Shown in pieces: positions 1 to 6,316 of a stretch of 7,323 bases of DNA. The notes under the pieces were generated by a model that ran no database searches, had not been told where the DNA came from, and saw only the letters and a program-made list of their open reading frames with translations. Location of the stretch: the NCBI GenBank assembly GCA_029856525.1, contig JAHQXC010000064.1, positions 1 through 7,323 on the forward strand, in the 5' to 3' direction. Each line of letters begins with the position of its first letter. Position 1 is the stretch's first letter. The stretch comes from Candidatus Odinarchaeia archaeon. GTDB lineage: Archaea > Asgardarchaeota > Odinarchaeia > Odinarchaeales > Odinarchaeaceae. The position numbers and the translations under genes were made by a program.

Positions 1-601
1 CCTGCCTGTGTTTAAAAATATATTGAAGTATTAAACCTAAAATAAGCGGTGTTAAGAAGAATATCAGAATAGTGAAGAAAATACTCTCTAATGGGATAGG
101 GGCACCCATCCCTCTGATTAGAATATAAGCTAGGAAAGGATACAAGGTTATTATTAAAATCATGTTTAATAATGTGGCGCCTATAACAAGGTTCTTAGAG
201 CCGCCGGCGAGTTTACTCCAATATAAAACCATTGAAATAGAAGGGCCTATGAAGAGGAGGGAGACACCTATCTTAGAAAACAAACTCTCAGATAAAAAAA
301 TATTCGCAGCTAAAACCCCTATCAGAGGAGAAATAAGCCAGTTAGATATCATCGTAATTATTAAGGGTAAAGGTTTTCTAAATACACTAGTAAATTCAGC
401 CTTACATGTCTCCCAGCACATGAACTGAGGGGTTAAGAGGATAATTATAAGAATAGCGATAGGTATAGAGATATTCATATAATAGAGTCTTGAAAACAGT
501 TCAAATACAGGTGGAAGAGAATAACCTATACAGATACCGGAAAAAGCAGCGATTAAAACTAATACGATAAGAAGCTTAGCGCTTAGTCATTTATAATTCA
601 T
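1..601 (-). CDS. Acr3/bile acid:Na+ symporter (BASS/SBF) family membrane transporter, 5' part. It runs off the left edge and its 5' end is disrupted by an in-frame TGA at 589..587.
   Basis: Manual translation of the minus frame (codons 601..2): MNYK*LSAKLLIVLVLIAAFSGICIGYSLPPVFELFSRLYYMNISIPIAILIIILLTPQFMCWETCKAEFTSVFRKPLPLIITMISNWLISPLIGVLAANIFLSESLFSKIGVSLLFIGPSISMVLYWSKLAGGSKNLVIGATLLNMILIITLYPFLAYILIRGMGAPIPLESIFFTILIFFLTPLILGLILQYIFKHRQ. It has several hydrophobic TM segments. The motifs SIPIAI, NWLISP, GPSISMVLYWSKLAGG and PLILG resemble Acr3 (SIPIAI, NW.I.P, PC.AMV.VW..LA.G, PL..G). The frame is open from 586 to the window edge; the first ATG after the stop is 478..476. Confidence 0.75.
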
Positions 602-678
602 AGTAAATTATAATAAATAGATGAAATAAAAAATTTACTCCCATATATTTTGAATCCGCAGCTACCAAAATAAAACAA

Positions 679-695
679 TCTCATAAGCCATGAGA
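679..695. promoter_or_regulatory. Inverted repeat TCTCAT-N5-ATGAGA in the divergent intergenic region; candidate transcription-factor operator
   Basis: TCTCAT (679-684), AAGCC, ATGAGA (690-695): a perfect 6-bp dyad, 7/8 when extended to 677-697. Function is inferred only. Confidence 0.3.
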
Positions 696-758
696 ATAGA
701 GTTAATTAATAGAGATGAATCAATTAATTGTCTACCAAGCTAATTCTAAAAATAAGCT

Positions 759-763
759 GGTGG
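759..763 (+). promoter_or_regulatory. Shine-Dalgarno-like GGTGG for gins23
   Basis: GGTGG lies 8 nt upstream of the in-frame TTG at 772 and matches the archaeal GGAGGTGA consensus. Confidence 0.5.
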
Positions 764-771
764 CTTTAAAA

Positions 772-1314
772 TTGGAGAGCAAGAGAATTAATGAAATGAT
801 GCTTTCACGAATACATACGCCTGTAACCGTAAAATTACTTAAAGATTTAACCGAAGATATCTCTATGGAACTTGAAATACCTGCTAAGACACCTGGGTCA
901 GAGTTTGAAATCCCTTGGTGGAAGGCTAAAATACTAGTAGATGAAAAAATAGCGGAATTCACAGATAAAAATGAAATCGATGAGACCTATATTCAGAAAA
1001 AGGTTTGGAGTGAGAAAGCTAAGACTCAGCCGGAAGAGTTAGAGAAAACATTCTATCTTAAACTCGCTTATAAACTAGCCAGATTGAAAAACGAGTTTAA
1101 AACAAATCCAAGCCCGATTTTGATGAAAAAAATAGAGAACCTAGAAACTCTATTAAACGATCTTCTATCCGCGCGCCTCAGTAAAATACTTAAAATGTCG
1201 TTTAGAGGCGCGCCTCCTAAAATCTTAGAGAACCTTACAATAGAAGAGAAATGGCTTTACGATGAAATAAATCAGATAATAAAAATATGGGTGGAGAGAA
1301 TACTAGGAGATTAA
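772..1314 (+). CDS. gins23: GINS complex subunit Gins23 (Psf2/Psf3-like, B-A domain order)
   Basis: The maximal ORF is 715..1314; TTG772 is preferred (SD present, 180 aa), with alternative ATGs at 796 and 799. An N-terminal beta-rich B domain (PVTVKLLKDL...GSEFEIPWWKAKILVDEKIAE) is followed by a helical A domain (KVWSEK...LEKTFY...RLSKILK...NLTIEEKWLY). It ends 1 nt before mcm, the established gins23-mcm arrangement of many archaea. Confidence 0.88.
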   Translation: MESKRINEMMLSRIHTPVTVKLLKDLTEDISMELEIPAKTPGSEFEIPWWKAKILVDEKIAEFTDKNEIDETYIQKKVWSEKAKTQPEELEKTFYLKLAYKLARLKNEFKTNPSPILMKKIENLETLLNDLLSARLSKILKMSFRGAPPKILENLTIEEKWLYDEINQIIKIWVERILGD

Positions 1315-1315
1315 T

Positions 1316-4300
1316 ATGAGCTTGGAATCTGGAGTAGACCCTAAAGAAAAGTTCGAGGAGTTCTTTAAAAGCTTCAAAGATGAGAAAGAAGAGTTAAAAT
1401 ATAGGAGAAAAATCCAGCAATTAAGCATAGAAAACAAGATTTCAATAATAGTTGATTTCGACGACCTTCTAAAATACGATGCAGAGCTATCAAGAGAACT
1501 GCTTACAAAACCGGAGGAAATAATTAAAGCCGCAGATCAAGCAGCTTTAACCGTACTAGAATTAGAGGATCGCGAGTATTTTGAAAAACTTAAAAATGAA
1601 GATAAAAAACTTTTCGTAAGATTTAGAAATCTACCTAGCATAAACCATATACCTTTAAGAAAAATAAGAAGCGAGCATATCGGTCTTTTAGTAATGGTTG
1701 ATGGAATACTAACCAGGGCTAGCGAGGTTAAACCAAGGCTTGTAGAAGCAGCGTTCGAGTGTCTTCGATGCCATTACATAAACTTTGTGAAACAGGAGAC
1801 AACGGAGATAGTTAAACCCATAGTATGCGAGAACGTTAATTGTAGAAGAAACGGGCCATTCAGATTAGTGAACGAAGAGTCTAAATTCGAAGACTGGCAG
1901 AAAATAAGAATCCAAGAGAAACCTGAGGAGCTGCCCCCAGGCCAGCTTCCAAGAGCCATAGACGCGATTCTAACATACGATCTCGTAGACGCGGCCAGAC
2001 CGGGAGACCGCGTCAGCGTGATAGGGATATTAAGAAGCACCCCCGAATATAGCGGACGGACAAAACTAAGCACATTTAAAATCTATTTAGAAGCGAACTA
2101 CATCGATATAACCGAGAAAGAATTAGAGAAAACAGAGATAACACCGGAAGATGAGCAGAGAATACTTGAACTTAGCAGGGATCCGAATATTCACAGTAAG
2201 ATTATCAGCAGCATAGCTCCAAGCATATACGGCTTAGAAGATGTGAAAGAAGCTATCGCACTCCAATTATTCGGAGGCGTTAGCAAAGTTCTCCCTGACT
2301 CTATGAAAATAAGAGGCGAATCGAATATTCTACTAGTAGGGGACCCTGGAACAGCTAAGTGTGTAGCACCAGGAGTGCTTGTATTAACAGCCTCAGGGGA
2401 GAAACGTAAAATAGAGGAGATCGTCGAAGAGCAGCTTGAAAAAAATATTCAAGTCATAGACGACGGCTACTATGCGCACGGTTCTATCAAAGTATATACG
2501 ATGAATAAGATGGGTAGAATTGAGCAAGCTGAAGCTAATATTTTCTGGAAGAGGAGAGCACCACCCTACACGGTAAAGATTAAAACAGAATCAGGTAAGG
2601 AAATCACGGTTACACCAACCCATCTATTTTTCACAACCGATAACGGTTTAATACTATACAAAAAAGCTAGTGAGCTATCTATAAACGATTACATAGCTAC
2701 GCCTAAACTTGAAAAACTACAGTTAAATGAAAGCAATCAAAAACTCCACAACGAGAAGAATACTAATATCATCCCAGGTTTAAAAGATCTCTTAAAAAAA
2801 ATCAGAGAAGAGCGATCGCTTAACCAATATCAGATGGGGGTTCCGGAATCCATATATAGAAAATATGAGAGCGGGGAATTAGAAGCTAATGTAAAAGACT
2901 TACAGGTAATCATTGAAAACGCTAAAAAATATGGGATAAGTGAGAACCTAGCCCGGTTGATCGCTATCGTAGAGGCGGATGTAATCTGGGATAAGGTGAC
3001 AGCGATAGAGTTACAGAAAACCAGCTTTAAATGGGTTTACGATCTTCAAGTACCAGGATCTAATAATTTCGTAGCGAATGAATTCTATGTTCATAACAGT
3101 CAACTCCTACAGTATACAGCTCAGCTAGCTCCGAGAGGATTATATACTTCAGGTAAAGGCTCCTCAGCAGCAGGGCTCTGTGTAGCCCCGGATACATTAA
3201 TAATTAAAGACGACGCGCCCTGCGAAATAGGCAAACTTGTAGATGAACATCTAAGGGAAGGGGGAGTGAAAATCCAGGAAGGAGTTTATAAAGTTAATCC
3301 TAAAAAAGAATTAAAAATTAAAACAATAAACTCGGTTAAAACCGCTGATAAAAAAATTAACTGGTTATGGAAGATAAAAAGCCCTGAAATACTTGTAAGA
3401 ATAGTTACCAGCACAGGTAGAGAGGTAATTCTAACACCTGAAACTAAGATGAAAACTCTACAAGGAGAATACGCTTACTGGAAGAAGGCTTCAGAGTTAA
3501 CGGAGAACGATCAAATAGCAGCGGTTAAAAGAATATCGTATACTGGACGCAAAGTAAATATTCTAGAGGTTATAGGAAGCGTTGAAGGCTTGGAAGCTTC
3601 CGTTAAAAAAACTTTTTTGAAAAAATTATTGGAAAAATTAAACAGTAAAACCTACGGTGAACCTGTAAAAGAATGGTTTAAAATCAATTTAAATAACGAA
3701 GAGAACGAGTTAAACACGGTTAGAATAAATCTCAGAGAATTAATTGAATACGTTAATAAAGCAGGCTACAGCTTACACGATTTAGCCTCAAATATAGAAG
3801 AATACTGGGAAAGTGATAAAACTAAAGTTAAACTACCATGCTATCTAACATCCGATCTCATGTATCTTATAGGATTATACGCAGGCAGCCTCATTTATAA
3901 TAAAAATGAAGCTGATTCAAATGAATTAAAATTCAAAACTAAATCGATTAAACTTGCAAAATTATTCAATAAAATAGCTGAGGAGACTCTGAATCTGCGC
4001 TTTAAATATAGTAAAAGAAGCGGAGAGCTGATCGAGCTCACCTTAAACAATAAAATATTAAGAGAGCTAATCTATAAAACTTGCTTAGATAACTCTGATG
4101 AGAAAAGATTAGATTTAACAGAGTTAACCTTCACATTAGAAGAAAAAGAGTTAGCGGGTTTCATATCAGGTTTATTCGATTATTCAGCGAATATTCCAAC
4201 TAAAAACGGAGAAGATGCTAAAATCAGCTTTAACATACCAGGTAAAAAACTGGCATGTAAACTCCAATTAGCGCTTTTAAGATACGGTGTTATCTCAGAA

Positions 4301-6268
4301 TTAACTATAGCAGATGAAAATATTAAAAATGAGAGACGTAAAGCCTGTGAACTCTACACGCTCACCATAACCGGATTAAATTTACTAAACTTCTATGAAA
4401 AAATAGGTTTAAAATTCCAGGATAATGTTAGAAAACTTGAAACACTCATAGAAACTGTTAAAGAAGAGTATAACCTCAGCTTAGAAACTTCGAAGACTTT
4501 AAACAATCCAGAGCCTAACAAAAAAATGTTTTCAACGAAAAAAGTGGAAACAGAAAACTTAGAAAAAATAAGCCTAGAAGAAAACATTACCGAATATTTA
4601 AACTGTATTGAAAATGATATTTTCTGGGATAAAATCCAAACCATTGAATTTCTAACAGGCCATAATTACGAGTGGCTTTACGATGTTACTGTAGAGGACA
4701 GCCACAGCTTCATAGCTAACGGGTTACTAGTACATAACACTGCAGCCGTTTTAAAAGACGAGTCAGGCGCTATGGCATTAGAAGCAGGCGCATTAGTTTT
4801 AGCTGATAAAGGTTTAGCGTGCCTTCACCCGGATACTAAAATAGTGTTCAACGGTAAGCCTACAGCGATCAGCAGCCTATTTAACAGCGCTTTTAAAGCT
4901 GACGCGGTAAGTAAAGGCGAAATAGTGGAAGTTGCCCCTTTAAACGGCTATGTTATAAGCTTAGACCTTGACCGCCTTAAACTTTTTGAAAATAAAACTG
5001 ATATTATCAGACGTAAATGGTATCGTGGGGAAATTCTTACATTAATATTTAAATCAGGGTTTAAAATCACACTCACACCCGATCATAACATCATTAAAGG
5101 AGAGGTTTTAAACTGGCGGGAGGCTGCTTGCTTTAAACCAGGCGATTCTGTTTTAACCGCGCCTAAAAAGCTACTCCAATACATTCAATCAACCGGTTTA
5201 AAAGGCGAGTTTAAAAATCAGATAAAAAGTTCACAGCCAGTTACAGATTTAAACACGAATATTTTAAAAACAGCAAACGCAGCTTATGAATATAACCAGG
5301 ATACAGTAGTCTCCATTGAAAAACAATATTATGAGGGTTGGGTGTACGACTTACACGTGGAAAAATATCATAACTTCTTAGCGGAGGGGATATGGGTTCA
5401 TAATTGCATAGATGAATTCGATAAGATGAACCCTCAAGATCGGGTAGCAATCCATGAAGCAATGGAGCAGAGAACAGTTAGCATAGCTAAAGCTGGAATA
5501 ATAGCTACCTTAAACGCTAGAACAAGTATACTAGCGGCTGCTAACCCGGCTTTAGGAAGATATAACGAATATAGATCCCCGGCTGATAACATAAAGCTGC
5601 CTGTTACACTATTGAGCAGGTTTGATTTAATATTCATAGTTACAGATAAACCCGACGCGGAGAAAGACCGTAAAATAGCTGAGCATATTTTATCGCTTCA
5701 CAGAAGGGAAAGCGTTGAGCCGCCTTTAGATATAGATTTCTTAAGAAAGTATATAACATATGCTAAAAGAAACTGCTCGCCTACTATAAGCTTAGAGGCG
5801 GCTAAAAAAATCGAGGAATTCTATTTAGAAATGAGAAAAGCAGGTGAAGGAGCTGATTCACCTGTCCCAATAACAGCGCGACAGCTAGAGGCTTTAATCC
5901 GCCTTGTTGAAGCTAGAGCGAGAATGGCTCTTAAAAAAGAAGCCACTGTAGATGATGCGGAAGCCGTTATCAGATTAGTGAAAAATTGTTTACGTCAAGT
6001 AGGTGTTGATCGTGAAACAGGTAAAATGGATATAGATATGATAATGACTGGAGCGCCTAAAAGTCAACGGGATAGGTTAACAACTCTCTTAGACGTTATC
6101 GCAACTCTTGAAAAAGAGCATAAGGGACCGGTACAAGTCCAAGATATAATAGATAGAGCTAAAGAATATCAGCTTGAAGAGGGATTCGTTAAAGAAGCTC
6201 TTCAAAGACTGCTCAACGACGGAACAATATTCGAACCTGAGCCGGGTTATATTAAAAGAACAGAGTAG
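1316..6268 (+). CDS. mcm: Replicative MCM helicase precursor with three inteins (1650 aa; 689 aa after splicing)
   Basis: C4 zinc finger CX2CX18CX4C (1760-1843). Walker A GDPGTAK|S is split by intein 1; GKGSSAAGL|TAAV is split by intein 2; ADKGLA|CIDEFDKM (Walker B) is split by intein 3. Also present are EAMEQRTVSIAKAG (presensor-1 hairpin), AANP (sensor 1), LLSRFDL (Arg finger), ITARQLEALIRL (sensor 2) and a C-terminal winged helix. GGAG at 1306-1309 precedes the ATG. Confidence 0.98.
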   Translation: MSLESGVDPKEKFEEFFKSFKDEKEELKYRRKIQQLSIENKISIIVDFDDLLKYDAELSRELLTKPEEIIKAADQAALTVLELEDREYFEKLKNEDKKLFVRFRNLPSINHIPLRKIRSEHIGLLVMVDGILTRASEVKPRLVEAAFECLRCHYINFVKQETTEIVKPIVCENVNCRRNGPFRLVNEESKFEDWQKIRIQEKPEELPPGQLPRAIDAILTYDLVDAARPGDRVSVIGILRSTPEYSGRTKLSTFKIYLEANYIDITEKELEKTEITPEDEQRILELSRDPNIHSKIISSIAPSIYGLEDVKEAIALQLFGGVSKVLPDSMKIRGESNILLVGDPGTAKCVAPGVLVLTASGEKRKIEEIVEEQLEKNIQVIDDGYYAHGSIKVYTMNKMGRIEQAEANIFWKRRAPPYTVKIKTESGKEITVTPTHLFFTTDNGLILYKKASELSINDYIATPKLEKLQLNESNQKLHNEKNTNIIPGLKDLLKKIREERSLNQYQMGVPESIYRKYESGELEANVKDLQVIIENAKKYGISENLARLIAIVEADVIWDKVTAIELQKTSFKWVYDLQVPGSNNFVANEFYVHNSQLLQYTAQLAPRGLYTSGKGSSAAGLCVAPDTLIIKDDAPCEIGKLVDEHLREGGVKIQEGVYKVNPKKELKIKTINSVKTADKKINWLWKIKSPEILVRIVTSTGREVILTPETKMKTLQGEYAYWKKASELTENDQIAAVKRISYTGRKVNILEVIGSVEGLEASVKKTFLKKLLEKLNSKTYGEPVKEWFKINLNNEENELNTVRINLRELIEYVNKAGYSLHDLASNIEEYWESDKTKVKLPCYLTSDLMYLIGLYAGSLIYNKNEADSNELKFKTKSIKLAKLFNKIAEETLNLRFKYSKRSGELIELTLNNKILRELIYKTCLDNSDEKRLDLTELTFTLEEKELAGFISGLFDYSANIPTKNGEDAKISFNIPGKKLACKLQLALLRYGVISELTIADENIKNERRKACELYTLTITGLNLLNFYEKIGLKFQDNVRKLETLIETVKEEYNLSLETSKTLNNPEPNKKMFSTKKVETENLEKISLEENITEYLNCIENDIFWDKIQTIEFLTGHNYEWLYDVTVEDSHSFIANGLLVHNTAAVLKDESGAMALEAGALVLADKGLACLHPDTKIVFNGKPTAISSLFNSAFKADAVSKGEIVEVAPLNGYVISLDLDRLKLFENKTDIIRRKWYRGEILTLIFKSGFKITLTPDHNIIKGEVLNWREAACFKPGDSVLTAPKKLLQYIQSTGLKGEFKNQIKSSQPVTDLNTNILKTANAAYEYNQDTVVSIEKQYYEGWVYDLHVEKYHNFLAEGIWVHNCIDEFDKMNPQDRVAIHEAMEQRTVSIAKAGIIATLNARTSILAAANPALGRYNEYRSPADNIKLPVTLLSRFDLIFIVTDKPDAEKDRKIAEHILSLHRRESVEPPLDIDFLRKYITYAKRNCSPTISLEAAKKIEEFYLEMRKAGEGADSPVPITARQLEALIRLVEARARMALKKEATVDDAEAVIRLVKNCLRQVGVDRETGKMDIDMIMTGAPKSQRDRLTTLLDVIATLEKEHKGPVQVQDIIDRAKEYQLEEGFVKEALQRLLNDGTIFEPEPGYIKRTE
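2360..3097 (+). mobile_element. MCM intein 1 (246 aa, precursor aa 349-594) in Walker A; HINT domain plus XRE/Cro-type HTH, no endonuclease
   Basis: It starts CVAPGVLV right after GDPGTAK, has block B EITVTPTH and block F/G WVYDLQVPGSNNFVANEFYVHN, and +1 is Ser. The internal segment LKKIREERSLNQYQMGVPESIYRKYESG is HTH-like. Confidence 0.95.
3179..4738 (+). mobile_element. MCM intein 2 (520 aa, precursor aa 622-1141) at the SSAAGL|T site, with a degenerate LAGLIDADG homing endonuclease
   Basis: It starts CVAPDTLI; the block B region reads EVILTPET; it ends WLYDVTVEDSHSFIANGLLVHN, and +1 is Thr. LAGLIDADG-like helices are YLIGLYAGSL (3863-3892) and FISGLFDYSA (4160-4189), with block H-like KLQLALLRYGV. 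Confidence 0.95.
4820..5404 (+). mobile_element. MCM intein 3 (195 aa mini-intein, precursor aa 1169-1363) immediately before Walker B
   Basis: It starts CLHPDTKI, has block B KITLTPDH, and ends WVYDLHVEKYHNFLAEGIWVHN. The +1 residue is the Cys of CIDEFDKM. It is too short for an endonuclease. Confidence 0.95.
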
Positions 6269-6302
6269 TTTAAGCTCTGAAATATTTAATCGAATATTAA
6301 TA

Positions 6303-6309
6303 GAGGTGG
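6303..6309 (+). promoter_or_regulatory. Shine-Dalgarno GAGGTGG for hel308
   Basis: Strong match to the archaeal GGAGGTGA consensus, located in the 48-nt mcm-hel308 gap and 7 nt upstream of codon 6317. Confidence 0.65.
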
Positions 6310-6316
6310 CCTAGAA

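Noticed and set aside
162-428. 88-aa + strand ORF from the track
   Set aside because: It is an antisense shadow of the minus-strand transporter, which has family motifs; this ORF has none.
715-771. ATG715 as the gins23 start (19-aa extension)
   Set aside because: It has no SD, the extension does not look like GINS, and TTG772 has a GGTGG at good spacing. Disfavoured rather than excluded.
602-771. AT-rich intergenic region as a replication origin
   Set aside because: No ORB/mini-ORB-like repeats (GTTCCAGTGGAAAC-type with G-string) were seen and no cdc6/orc1 is adjacent; it is adequately explained as a divergent promoter region.
732-962. 76-aa minus-strand ORF
   Set aside because: Antisense to gins23; Ser/Ile-rich shadow with no motifs.
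1774-2073. 99-aa minus-strand ORF
   Set aside because: Antisense to the conserved MCM N-terminal domain.
3500-4640. Lower GC in intein 2 than in the MCM exteins as a sign of recent transfer
   Set aside because: Judged by eye only, and largely explained by the K/N/E/I-rich composition versus the G/A/P/R-rich ATPase core; a codon-position GC analysis would be needed.
4393-4644. 83-aa minus-strand ORF and recurring (T)AGAAA(A)CT words in intein 2
   Set aside because: The Phe/Ser-rich ORF mirrors Glu/Lys codons of an E/K/N-rich linker. The words have no fixed period or spacer structure, so this is not a repeat array or CRISPR.
5462-5488. EAMEQRT instead of the usual EAMEQQT in MCM
   Set aside because: A single substitution with no intein or other insertion here; too little evidence for functional meaning.
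5241-5637. Minus-strand ORFs 5241..5462 and 5434..5637
   Set aside because: Antisense to intein 3 and the MCM Walker B/sensor 1 region; no independent coding evidence.
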